This document shows, in pieces, positions 24,470-36,188 of a stretch of 64,000 nt of DNA. The stretch is from Felis catus (Eukaryota), in the NCBI RefSeq assembly GCF_018350175.1, contig NC_058383.1:25732001-25796000 (forward strand), written 5' to 3'. The notes under the pieces were generated by a model that was given only the letters and a program-made list of their open reading frames with translations, was not told the DNA's origin and ran no database searches. Position numbers and translations under genes: made by a program. Positions within the stretch are counted from its first letter, which is position 1, and every line of letters begins with the position of its first letter.

Positions 24470-24625
24470 ATCCATTCATTCATTTATTCACTCACTTACT
24501 CATTCAACCAATACTTATTTGGTACTCACTTTATGCCAGGTGCTGTACTAGGTTAGGTCTTTGTCCTCATGAAGCTTATACTCTAACAAGGAAGACAGGT
24601 AACTGCCAAGTAAACAAATAACAGA
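24470..24625 (-). mobile_element. L2 3' end with (CATT)n tail
   Basis: cattcattcatttattcact...tatgccaggtgctgtactagg. Confidence 0.75.
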
Positions 24626-24676
24626 TGGACTTCTCTTGCTCGGGGCTCAGGGCATGCAGGCTTAGAGGACTCCACA

Positions 24677-24970
24677 TTTTTAAATTATTACTTTAGAGAG
24701 AGACAGGGAGAGAGAGAGCAAGCTGAGGAGAGGGGGCAGAGGGAGGGGGAGAGGAAGAGGGAGAGGGAGAGGGAGAGAGAGGGAGAGGGAGAGAGAGGGA
24801 GAGAGAGGGAGGGAGGGAGGGAGAGAGAGAGAGAGAGAGAGAGAGAATCTCAAGCAGGTTCCACTGTAGGTGCTGAGCCCGATGTGGGGCTTGATCTCAC
24901 AACCCTGGGATCATGACCCGAGTGGAAATCAAGAGTCGGACACCCAACCAACTAAGCCACCCAGGTGCCC
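24677..24970 (-). mobile_element. Can-SINE A (oldest of a serial trio, expanded GA tract)
   Basis: Flanked by gaggactcc(a/c)cat. Confidence 0.95.
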
Positions 24971-24985
24971 TGAGGACTCCCCATC

Positions 24986-25200
24986 AAAAAAATTTTTTTA
25001 ACGCTTATTTAATTTTGAGAGAGAGTCACAGAGCAGGAGTTGGGGAGGAACAGAGAGAGAGGGAGACACAGAATCTGAAGCGGGATGCAGGCTCTGAGCT
25101 GTCAGCACAGAGCCCGATGTGGGGCTTGAACCCACGAACCGTGACATCATGACCTGAGCCTAAGTTGGCTGCTTAACCAACTGAGCCACTCAGGCGCCCC
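24986..25200 (-). mobile_element. Can-SINE B (middle of trio)
   Basis: Flanked by gagg(a/t)ctccccatc. Confidence 0.95.
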
Positions 25201-25216
25201 GAGGTCTCCCCATCTT

Positions 25217-25445
25217 TTTTTTTTTTTTTTAATTTTTTTTTTCAACGTTTATTTATTTTTGGGACAGAGAGAGACAGAGCATGAACGGGGGAGGGGCAGA
25301 GAGACAGGGAGACACAGAATCGGAAACAGGCTCCAGGCTCTGAGCCATCAGCCCAGAGCCTGACGCGGGGCTCGAACTCACGGACCGCGAGATCGTGACC
25401 TGGCTGAAGTCGGACGCTTAACCGACTGCGCCACCCAGGCGCCCC
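25217..25445 (-). mobile_element. Young feline SINE C (youngest of trio)
   Basis: Perfect 18-bp TSD ccgaggtctccccatctt. Confidence 0.95.
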
Positions 25446-26489
25446 CCGAGGTCTCCCCATCTTAAAGAGAACCTGAAACAACTGCAGATCCAGCGCCTCC
25501 TTAGAGTATCAACTCTGGCTGACCATTAGAACTGGGAAACTTAGCATTAACATGCACGCCTGGGGGCTCATCCCAAAACCATCGGATGAGAACCTGTGGA
25601 GGTGAGGCACTGGAATTTTTTTAACTGATAATTTTGAAATAATTTTGAATTTACAGAAAAGTGGCTATCATCATCCAAAGAACCCCCAGGCTCACCAGTT
25701 GTTTATACTTTGCCATACTTCTATTACCATTTTCTCTCTATGTATGCATACATATACATGCATGTTACATACTCTTTTTTTCTGAATCATTTGAGGTTAA
25801 GCTACATACCATATCCGCTGATCGTTAAAGTCTTCAGCATGTATCTTAAGAATGAATAGGCTTCTTATATAGCCCAAGAACATTGTTCAAAATGAGGAAC
25901 TTTGATAGTGCCATGTATTTATTTATATAAAGACTATATTCAAAGTTTGCTAATTGTCTCAATAATGTCTTTCATAGAATTTTTTTCCCATACAGGAGTC
26001 AATCTAAGATCATGTGCTGTGTTTAGCTGTCATGCCTCCTTGTTCCTTCCTTGGCCTTTCTTGACACTGGCATTTTTAAAGAATCTGAATCAGTTATTCT
26101 GGTGTGTGTCCTTCCTTTTAGGTTTGCCCAATGTTTCCCCATGATTAGATTCAAGTTATGCATTTTGACAGGGATAGTGCATAAGCATATATGATGTGGG
26201 TCCTTGGTACATCATACCAGGAGGCACATTATATCAGCTTGTCCCAATATTGGTGATACTAATTCTCAACACTTGGTGAAGGTGGGTCTTCCAGGTTTCT
26301 CTAATGCCAAGTTAGCATTTTCCCCTTTGTTTAATGACTAATTTGTAGAGGGATATTTTGGAATTCTAAATATCATATTCCTCATCAAACTTTCACACAA
26401 TGGTTTTAGCAAGTACTGATGATTTTTGCCTGAGATAATTATTTACTAATATGGTTACAAGATGGTGACTTTTTAATTTCATTAGACTT

Positions 26490-26672
26490 TCTTGTTTTTA
26501 AGTTTATTTATTTATTTGGGGGGGGGGGGTACAGAGAGAGGGAGAGAGAGAATCCCAAGCAGGCTCTGTGATGTCAGCACAGAGCCTGATGTGGAGCTTG
26601 AACTCACCAATTGTGAGATCACGACCTGCACTGAAGTGGGATGCTTAACTAACTGAGCCACTCACGTGCCCC
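26490..26672 (-). mobile_element. Can-SINE in L1
   Basis: TSD taatttcatta(g/t)actt. Confidence 0.95.
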
Positions 26673-26941
26673 TAATTTCATTATACTTTCTCTGTGTATT
26701 AGTTGGTATTCTAATGTAAGGAAAAGCTTCCTCATCTCCCTCATTTGTCAAGGAGTTATAATTCATTACTGTCCTATTAATTTTGACACTTAACTGTCCC
26801 AGATTTGCTCAGTGAGACTCCCATCAAGCTATAGCCTATATTCTTTTCCCATGTCCCCATCTTTATTTTCTGGCATAAGATGTTCTAGGCTGATCTACTT
26901 TCCTTGCCCCAGGCTTGTGATCAGCCATTTTTCCAAGAAAC

Positions 26942-27136
26942 TTTTTTTTTTAAGTTTATTTATTTTGAGAGACAGAGAAAGCACCAGCAGGGGAGGGGCA
27001 GAGAGAGACGGAGAGAGAATCCCAAGCAGGCTCTCCACTGTCAGTCTCGGGGCTCAAACTCACAAACTGTGAGATTGTGACCTGAGCCGAAACCAAGAGT
27101 CTGACATTTAATCGACCGAGCCACCCAGGCATCCCC
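26942..27136 (-). mobile_element. Can-SINE in L1
   Basis: TSD tccaagaaactt. Confidence 0.95.
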
Positions 27137-27700
27137 ACTTCTCCAAGAAACTTAATGCTGTTTAGAGTAAAGTGTACTTAGAAACCAATATCTGGACACT
27201 AAGAATGCTCATTACTTCTAGGATTTTCTGTCAATGGCACTGGTATTTTTAGAAAGCTCCCAAGGTGATTCAAATGTGCAGCCAGAATTGAGAACCATTG
27301 TCTATGAAGAAGGCGCCCAACCACCACCTAAGTAGATGGCTCTAGGAAGGGAAGGGAGAGAAGATATTTAGGAGCTGTGGAGTAGTGGACCAATGCAGTA
27401 TATCTCAAAGCATGGGTAAAGACACATTAGTGGGCCATATAATTCATTTACTTGGTCATGTCTAGCATTAAAAAAATAAAAATAAAAAACAAAACCTCAA
27501 TAGAACAGGAGGGCATGTACTAGATTATAATATAAAGCTATTTCTTACTGAGTCACAGTCCAAAAAGATTGAGAATTGCTGGTCTAAAAAGTGCTGGGCT
27601 TTTTTTCTCCTCTGCTAGATAAGAGTGGGTGCTCCCCCCAAGCCAAACCCTAATCCAGGGAAGGGAAGAGCCAAGAGAACACCTCAAAAAGGTTGAGGGT

Positions 27701-27920
27701 GGGGTGCCTGGGTGGCTCAGTCGGTTAAGCGTCTCACTTCAGCTCAGGTCAGGATCTTGTGGTTCATGAGTTTGAGCTCTGTCTCAGACTCTGTGCTGAC
27801 AGCTCAGAGCCTGGAGCCTGCTTCGGATTCTGTGACTCCCTCTCTCTTCCCCTCTCCTGCTCACACTCTGTCTCTCTCTCACTCTCTCAAAAATAAATAA
27901 AACATTATTATTTTTTTTTA
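27701..27920 (+). mobile_element. Can-SINE
   Basis: Full structure. Confidence 0.95.
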
Positions 27921-29028
27921 AATTGAGGATATCTCAGTATTTAGTTGAACATTTGCTTTAAGGGCAGATTGACATACAGATCATCCCCCTTGCCTGTCTG
28001 AGAAGGTTCAGTGTGACCTGGGTAGACACACTGGGGCAGAGAGAAGGAGAACCATGGAGAGGTCTGCATGTCCACCCATGAGAGTGAGTCAGGTGGACAC
28101 TGGGAGGCACCTTGAACTATCTTCCTGATGCCTCAACCAAGAGGGCTGGCCACTAGGTAAGGAGATCCCCAATAGCAAAAGGCTGGGAATGGACTGGCAG
28201 AGGTGAGATCTGGGGTGGTGGTGGAAGAGGCACAGACGGATCCAGATCCCCACAGGGGTGTTCTGCCACCTGTTGTTTCCCCCCAGGAAGAACACATATG
28301 AAATACAGGAGTCAGAGAGTCAGCATGGAGATGCCTGCCCAAAGGACACAAATGGTAGCCTTAGCCGGAGAAGCAGTGGCAGCCAAAAGAGGATCACAAC
28401 AGACAGTGATCTGTATCTCCCTCCTTCCCACCCGTCCCACTAGAGGAGAAAGGGATTCTGACAAGAAAAGTGTGGAAGTGTGAAAGATCTAATAGTTCTT
28501 TCCCCCACTCCCACCCCCACTGATGAAGGGTAGAGGGGGTTGGGTAAGATTTCAATGGGATATGAGATTGAAATTTAAACTAGACTGGGCTTTCTGAAAT
28601 TCGAGCATACAGAAAAGACATGGAATCCACCCAATATGCCATGAAGGGACTGGAAAGACAGATTCAAGAAGGCAGGATTGAAGACAGTTTCTGGGGAGAA
28701 GAGAAAGCTTTTGTTTAGACCCCACCATGTTGAGAGTGTTCAATAAATACTATTTCAAGGAGGCCTGGAAGATGAGAAGCAGCTGAGGATGGGTTATCTG
28801 GCAGAAAAAAAAAAGAAAGAAAGTACAGTGTCCTCTGGGTGAGGGAGGTATTGGCATATGGAAAGGATGGAAAAGTCTGGAGGGACTATAGCCTAGTGAC
28901 AGGGGACAGGCTGGATGGGGAGTTGAGTTGAGAGGACTCAAAATATGGATGGCCTGTAGCCTGCTGAGGTGAGTAGGGTTATTTTTTCATAAATGGTAAA
29001 GTATTATGTATTTATTTAAAAGGTTCCA

Positions 29029-29240
29029 GGGGTGTCTAGATGGCTCAGTCAATTGAGCATCTGACTCTTGATTTTGGCTCAGATCGTGATCACAGGGTCA
29101 TGGGATTGAGCCCCACATTCAGCTCCATGGTGAGCATGGAGCCTGCTTGGGATTCTTTCTCTCTCACTATCCCTCCCTCTGCCTCTCTCCCTAGCTCATG
29201 CTCTCTCTCTCTCTCTCTCTCTAAAATAAAAAATTTTTTT
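29029..29240 (+). mobile_element. Can-SINE
   Basis: TSD aaag(g/a)ttcca. Confidence 0.9.
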
Positions 29241-29749
29241 AAAGATTCCAACAGTGCATCTCTCCCTACCTCGTACAAATTCTAAAGGTACCATGTATCA
29301 TTAATGTATTCTTCCAGGCTGTTTAGACGTCTCCGTGTTTCCATGTATATATTTTTAATATACGGATGAAAACTTACGGTTCTGCTATTTTTTCCACTTG
29401 ATTATATATCACAAATCTCCTTCCATGTTGTTGGTTGAATAAATGATACTAAATCCATACCATGCACCTGTTAAACTTCATGATGCTGCTCTTTAGTTGT
29501 TGACCAGAATGATGTTCTGAATATGTTCAGTGACAGATTGTAACGATGTAAAATCCTATTTTTAACAAAATATCTATAGACACTCATTTGTACCTGTTTG
29601 TACCAGAAAAAGTATAGCAGGATATACACCAAAATATTAACAGTGGTGGGATTTCTGTTTTTTTCCCTGTTTTGGCTGTTGTTTTTTTTTTACTTTCTTT
29701 AAAATAAAATATATATATATAATGTATAATAAAAATAATAAAAAATAAA

Positions 29750-29864
29750 AAAATATTTTGATAAAAATACATTAAGTCAATTCTAGACCCACATGGAGCT
29801 TGCACTCAACCTCAACCGAGATTAAGAGTCGCAGACTTTACTGACTGGGCCAGCCAGGTGCCCC
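29750..29864 (-). mobile_element. Short Can-SINE
   Basis: ctgggccagccaggtgcccc head; ttgg(c/t)tgttgttttt repeated on the flanks. Confidence 0.75.
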
Positions 29865-30423
29865 TTGGTTGTTGTTTTTCTAATTTTCCTATTGTAAATA
29901 AATAGTAAATTAAAGTTTTATAACAAAAAATGTGGAAAGTAAATAGGATGAAATGGTGCTGCTATTCTTTGTTCTTTGTGTGTATGTGTGTGTGTGCACG
30001 CGCGCGCACAAATGTGTGTGTGTAATTTCTCACAAAAGGGGAGAGAACAAGCATAAAGCATCATTTCAGTTCAGACACACAATCAACAACTTAAAAAAAA
30101 AAAACACCCATCACACTGATGGACACTGTATTTCCAAAATGAGGGGTTATCCTTGATGTCTTATAGCTTGAACAGAAAAGACATGCAGACACAAGATGAC
30201 CCTGAATTTGTCCCTGAGTGAGGCAAATAGCCATATAAATTATATCACATCACCTCTGGCATTCTAGAGCAGAATCTTAATATGCAGCCACTTCCCCCCA
30301 ACACAGACTGAGTTCCCTGCAGACACAAGGACCCCATAAGAACCCAGAGGGCTTCTTTCTGAGTCTGGGCTAAGACTCAGGTTTTTCCTAAATAAACTAA
30401 GGACTGTGAAACAAACAACTAAC

Positions 30424-30535
30424 CTTTCTGTTCTTGTTTGGCCCAGAAAATCTTGACTCGCTGGTGAATGTGGTTGTCTTCACGCAGTTTCTTCTGCCAC
30501 TGACGCAATTCTTGAATCTCAGGATCACACCGAAC
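30424..30535 (-). CDS. IQCK: IQCK penultimate coding exon (112 nt)
   Basis: Minus strand gcattttccag|GTT CGG TGT GAT...GAA CAG AAA G|gttagt. Translates VRCDPEIQELRQWQKKLREDNHIHQRVKIFWAKQEQK, versus recalled human VRCDPEIQELRQWQKKLREAKHIHQQVKIFWAKQEQK. Phase-0 start fits the 63715 exon. Confidence 0.95.
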
Positions 30536-30763
30536 CTGGAAAATGCCCACAAAGCTTTAGTTTCTTTCCTACAACTTCTATACATTAGCTTGTTAACTCT
30601 GCATGGGAAATCCTTTACAAACCAACTGGATATGCTTTAGGTTCTAAGTGAATCAGTGTTTTAAAGGATTTATCTAAACTCCTACAGCTTATGTAGTATT
30701 TGAGCGTAAATGACGTTGTGTGAAGATTTGCTATACTAATGGTAGGTTGAGAACATTCTAGAT

Positions 30764-31287
30764 CTGTGCTCTTCAGCAGAAATACAAAGTAGCCTCATGT
30801 GAAATTTTACATTTCCTTGCAGTTCCATTTTAAAAAGTAAAAATAAGTTAGTGAGATTATTTTTAAGAACATATTTTATTTTGGGGCATCTGGGTGGCTC
30901 AGGTTAAGCGTCCAACTCTTGATTTCAGCTCAGGTCATAATTCACCATTCGTGGGTTCGAGCCCCCTGTTGGGCTCTGCGCTGACAGTGGCAGAGCCTGC
31001 TTGGGATTCTCTCTCCCTCTCTCTCTGCCTCTCCCCGACTCACACTCCCTGTCTCTCCCAAAATAAATAAACTTAAAAAAAGAATATATTTTATTTAACC
31101 TCAAAGATCTAAAATATTATTTCAACATGTAATCAATACAAAAATTATTTATGAAATATTTTACTCTCTGTTTTCCATACAGTCTTCAACATCTAGTGTG
31201 TATTTTACAGTGACATCACAGCCCAATGTGGGCTAAACACATTCCAAGTGCTCAATAATCACACACAACTGGTGGCCAGTATATCGG
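30764..31287. mobile_element. MER33-like hAT-Charlie element split by a SINE
   Basis: aaatattatttcaacatgtaatcaata...caagtgctcaata; NTCTAGAN-type TSD ttctaga(t/g). Confidence 0.8.
30883..31082 (+). mobile_element. Can-SINE
   Basis: TSD aagaa(c/t)atattttattt. Confidence 0.95.
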
Positions 31288-31299
31288 TTCTAGAGGAAT

Positions 31300-31830
31300 C
31301 ATAGTCAATGTATTAGTTTAATACCAATTGACTAAGCGTCTACTGCAGACTGGGCTTTGTGCTATACCTTGGCAATAAACAGATTACTGATGATAATTTT
31401 AATTAACTTTTAGTTTTATTATTCTGTAGCTCATATTTATTGAGCACTTAGGTCCCAGGCATTGTTTAAGTCTTTTACAAGACGTAACCATCAAAACAAC
31501 CCAATGAGGCAAGAATGATTATGCCCATTTTACGGACGAGGAAACTCAATTGAAGCAGCTTGCTGAGTCACAGATCTAGGAAATGGTTTTGAGATTTCCA
31601 GCTGCTCTTGAGGGGCTGAGAATCTAGTAGGAGACATAGAGTACAGGAATAAGATCACCAAGGTGTGGTAAGAATAAGGATATCAGTGAGTACAAGGGAA
31701 TACAGAAGGGGAACTGAGCTCAGCCTGGAGCAGTCAGGAAACACGTCATGGAGGAGATGACTCCTGGAGTGAGTTTTGAAGCATAAACTAGAGTTAGTCA
31801 TGGAGAGAGAGTGGGTAGAGTGTCATGGTG
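31300..31830 (-). mobile_element. L2 and MIR remnants
   Basis: atttattgagcactta...cccattttacggacgaggaaact; cagtcaggaaacac...ggaggagatgac. Confidence 0.6.
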
Positions 31831-33739
31831 GTCCAGTTCTGCCTTACTATGATCATGTCACAAAGCCAGGGCCCACCCTCCTGCTTTTTCAAACAAACAC
31901 TGGATCTTGAAACTTCCTGCTCTGGTCATTGGGATATAGGCTTCCTGGATGAGTTTCCAAAGGGTCCTGTTGTCCTCTAGAAGCCTCACATAGCTTTTTA
32001 TAACTAGGAACCTTAGGGAGCAATGTTGGGGTCAGGATGACCTCAGTCCCTTCCCTTCCAGAAAGATCCTTGGTTCTTTATGCAGACTGATCCCATGCAC
32101 ATCAGAGCACTACTCACCAAGAGGCATTTGGAGAAATGGCCTTAACAAACTCAAGAAAAATAAAGTCCTTCCTATTACCTCATTTCTCAGAGCATGGGGT
32201 GCCTTAGTTATCTTAAGAAAACTACTCAAGTGATTTTTTTCCCCAAGATAAAAAAGACTGTTTTCTTCTGAACTTCTAAATGGCAGTTACTCTTGTTTAA
32301 AGAAAAAGAAAATATACAAATTATCTATAAATGTATATTTTAAAAATTATATATACAAAGTACTATGTATGCAAATACTTTATATGTATATCTTGTGTAC
32401 ACATGTATGTATAGTACTTTGTATATAATGTATACACATATACCAGCATAAAGTTATGCAAATTTCAGAGAGTAAAATGGCCCTTTATTAATGTCATAGA
32501 ACATAAAGTAATTCCCCAAATCTTTTCAATTACAAACCAATGTTTTTAGTGTTTCCTAAAGTATTATGTTCAAAAGATTAGGTACCTTCAACATCTCTGT
32601 TCTGTAGGCTAAGCAAACTCAAACCCTCATGGGCAGCTAAAAAGGAGGTTATCCACATCTTTTCCAGGAACTTCCGTTTATCTGGATCCAAGCACGCAGA
32701 AACCCCCACATTTCAGCACCATGACAACTAATACTCATAATGCTAATAAAGATGAAAGATCTTCTGAACCACTAAACAAAGGTTAACACTAATTATAATC
32801 AGCAAGTTGACTAGATTTTATTGTAGTCAAATTCTTTCTGTATAACTGATGTATTCGTATAGTTTGGAAGAAGACACAGAGTGTGGGTTCCTCTAGGAAG
32901 GAAGTAAAATGGGGGAGGGAGCTTTAGCTTTTTACTCCATATTTTTCTGGATTGGATTGTTTGGGACGTTTACAAAGAGCATATATTGTTTTAGGAATAC
33001 AAGTGTTTAAATTTTAAATTAACAGGCTGCTGAGAGGCAAACAAGAGTTCTTTAACTTAAGAATAACTGATGAATTTCCCCGACAATCCCCTGAACTCTC
33101 AATTACCTTAATATTTAATAAACAGAAACACCATTTCCTTCATCATTCCAGAAGGCTACAGATGTTCTCAGGATTCTGCTGACCAGTTTAGGGTGATTTT
33201 CCTCTGTCTGGCCAGAGACCCTTCATGTTTTTCTTGATTTCCTTCATTTGGAAAGCAAGGACTGCTATTTACTAAAGTGGAGCATGGCAGCCTTGTTAGT
33301 TAACTTCTCATTACCAGGAAAGCCTGGATCCCCAGAGAAGGCTTTTGTGAGCCCTGGGGAAAGCATGCACCCATTGAACAGGGCTAATCCCGGTCATTAT
33401 AGTCATGATTACGGAATCAATTTAAACGGCAGTGGCTGTGCCAATCAGCAAATACCGTAGAGTGCAGTGTAATGTTTAACACATCAACAGTTTCATTGCT
33501 TTTAAAAAAAGAAGTCTCCTTTACGACTGGCTTCAACTTTTACTTGTTTAAATTACCACATGGAGTCCATCTGCTCTTCCAAGATACGCACACCGAGTAA
33601 TACACACGTTATTGTGTACTTGACTTTGGGTAAGCCAAGAAAGAAAACTCCATTAAGTGGAAGTGAATTAAAAAAAAAAATGCCCATGAACCAATCAAAT
33701 TCTCCTAATTATCTATTACTCTGATGAAAGCCAAAACAG

Positions 33740-33960
33740 GACACCATATTGGTTAAGAAATCCAACTCTCTATTGGAAAGACTTAAGTTGAATCTCAGCT
33801 CTGCAAATGACAAGCTGAGGAACCTATGAGCAAGTTACTTAAACTGTCTGAGCCTTGATTTCCTCTCCTGTAAAATGGAGATAGTATACATATTTCCTTC
33901 ATTGCACTGGTGTGAAAACAAGATGAGATATTGTCTGGTCCATAGTAAGCCCTCCCTGTT
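33740..33960 (+). mobile_element. MIR
   Basis: gagcaagttacttaaactgtctgagcc...ctgtaaaatggag. Confidence 0.75.
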
Positions 33961-34701
33961 TTAGCAATTTCTTACATCAACTAATAAAGTAGTAAGAATA
34001 ATCTGAGTTCAGCTCTGGGGTTGCATCCTACAACCGCTGGTAGGACACGGAGCCAACTGGCTGAAGAGCCAGTGATTCATAAAATTGGAAGTGAGGTCTC
34101 TTCCCAAGGGCTTACAGTTTATTGAATACATAAATGATCTTACAATTATATAACTGTAGGCATTACTCAACCAGTAGAGAGATATCAGGGCCGTAGGATG
34201 GGAACGTCCCAGGGAAGAAGAGAGGGGCCCTATGGCTGGGACTTGGAAATTACCCTTCATACTTCTGAATTCCTCTTAGCTCAGTTGTTTTCTTTGCTTC
34301 TTGGCAAAACAGACAATAACATAGCAACGCCTATTTTCTCTGGAGGATTCCTTGGGGTTTTTCTAGTTGCTTTGGAGGAAGAAACTTTCAGTATAGTACA
34401 GTTCCTGGAAAGATGCTGGAGAAACAACACAACGGTCAGCACTTCAGTCGTGTTGGCAAGAGTCAGCCTCCAACTGGGTGTGAGACACCTCAGAAGGTCC
34501 TTACCACATCCTTGCCATGACTTGATGTACTAACGATAATACTGAAGGATTTTATACCCGGGAGAAGTGGATTTCAACAAGAAGGAAATATATGTTTGCA
34601 AATTCTCTTGCAAATACCTAATGAAATATTCACAGTTCCCAACTCTCTCATATGTTCCATTTTCTCTCTGCAAGTAAGCTTCATTTCTTCATTTCTTCTT
34701 T

Positions 34702-34918
34702 TTTTTTTTTTTTTTCAACGTTTATTTATTTTTGGGACAGAGAGAGACAGAGCATGAACGGGGGAGGGGCAGAGAGAGAGGGAGACAAAGAATCAGAAAC
34801 AGGCTCCAGGCTCTGAGCCATCAGCCCAGAGCCTCACGCGGGGCTCGAACTCCCAGACCGCGAGATCGTGACCTGGCTGAAGTCGGACGCTTAACCGACT
34901 GCGCCATCCAGGCGCCCC
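34702..34918 (-). mobile_element. Young feline SINE
   Basis: 16-bp TSD tcttcatttcttcttt. Confidence 0.95.
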
Positions 34919-35177
34919 TCTTCATTTCTTCTTTATTTCTTCTCAGATCTTTGGCAAAATGAAACAAAAGTTGGTTTCTCATTCTGGTAGTTATGAGTGT
35001 TCCATATTGTTTTTAGGAACAAATTATAAAAACCTGTAGATATAACATATTTCCTGGTATTGTGGAAGTGTCCCAGACATTCATCCGTACTAATATAGTA
35101 TGCCTCTTAGAAGTTGCTGGGGGCTTTCAGGGAGGAGCAGAAATGTGTTCTAGAGAAATATATACTTTTTTAACTTT

Positions 35178-35407
35178 CTTTTTTTTTTTTTTTTAATTTT
35201 TTTTCAACGTTTATTTATTTTTGGGACAGAGAGAGACAGAGCATGAACGGGGGAGGGGCAGAGAGAGAGGGAGACACAGAATCGGAAACAGGCTCCAGGC
35301 TCCAAGCCATTAGCCCAGAGCCTGACGCGGGGCTCGAACTCCCGGACCGCGAGATCATGACCTGGCTGAAGTCGGACGCTTAACCGACTGCGCCACCCAG
35401 GCGCCCC
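35178..35407 (-). mobile_element. Young feline SINE in the tail of an older SINE
   Basis: 17-bp TSD tatacttttttaacttt. Confidence 0.95.
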
Positions 35408-35463
35408 TATACTTTTTTAACTTTTTAAGAGAGAGAGCGTGCAAGCAGGGGAGGGGGCAGAGG

Positions 35464-35527
<64 letters not shown>

Positions 35528-35648
35528 TAAGCAGGTTCCACACTAAGTGTGGCGCCTGATGTGGAGCTCAATCCCACAACCCTGGGATCATGACCAGAGC
35601 CGAAATCAAGAGTTGGACACTCAACCTACTGAGCCAACCAGGCGCTCC
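35408..35648 (-). mobile_element. Older Can-SINE with long (GA)n
   Basis: (AG)n at 35469-35522; head ending ggcgctcc. Confidence 0.9.
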
Positions 35649-35960
35649 TAGAAAAATATTTTTTAAACAGTGGGTTCAGCACTTTAGCGAGTAGTAAATT
35701 CACTTTAGTGGGTTGTGAATAACATTTTAAAAAGTCTAATCCAATAGAAAATACCAGATATTCTTTTATCATTAAGGACCCACTTTATCTCTGAAAATGT
35801 TTTTTTCTTTCAAAGTCTATTTTATTTGATGTTAAGAATGCAAGATCACTTTCCTTTTGGTTGGTATTTGTGCCGTATATCTTTTTCATCTCTTTACTTT
35901 CAACTATTCTGGATCATTTTGTGTTACCTGTACCTCTAGCATAGAGGCAGATTTCTTTTT

Positions 35961-36188
35961 TTTTTTTTTAATTTTTTTTTTTTCAACGTTTATTTATTTT
36001 TTGGGGACAGAGAGAGACAGAGCATGACCGGGGGAGGGGCAGAGAGAGAGGGAGACGCAGAATCGGAAACAGGCTCCAGGCTCCGAGCCATCAGCCCAGA
36101 GCCTGACGCGGGGCTCAAACTCACAGACCGCGAGATCGTGACCTGGCTGAAGTCGGACGCTTAACCGACTGCGCCACCCAGGCGCCCC
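35961..36188 (-). mobile_element. Young feline SINE
   Basis: 16-bp TSD aggcagatttcttttt. Confidence 0.95.

Larger units (their letters stand above)
25505..27302. mobile_element. MER5-like hAT element split by an L1MC-like 3' UTR (minus strand, ~25620-27235)
   Basis: MER5 halves at 25505-25620 and 27236-27302; TSD ggcactgg(a/t)attttt around the L1. Confidence 0.75.
1..30423 (-). other. IQCK: IQCK final intron (continues past the left edge; terminal coding exon not found in window)
   Basis: Donor gttagt at 30423. No match seen to the recalled C-terminal VKCKMEDD peptide in 1-30423. Confidence 0.65.

Noticed and set aside
24665..25463. Repeat-spacer-repeat layout resembling a CRISPR array
   Set aside because: The spacers are homologous SINEs and the repeats are TSDs; the DNA is mammalian and has no cas genes.
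1..30423. Search for the IQCK terminal exon (recalled VKCKMEDD…)
   Set aside because: No matching minus-strand exon seen, and the acceptor at 6117 gives VYQGTSY*. The exon probably lies left of the window, though a diverged one could have been missed.
30397..30640. ORFs 30397-30585 (-) and 30434-30640 (+)
   Set aside because: Off-frame and antisense readings of the IQCK exon.
32661..32728. TTCCAGGAA plus ACTTCCG, and TTCAGCACCATGACAAC resembling an RE1/NRSE site
   Set aside because: The RE1 right half is mis-spaced and mismatched; short motifs alone are insufficient without conservation data.
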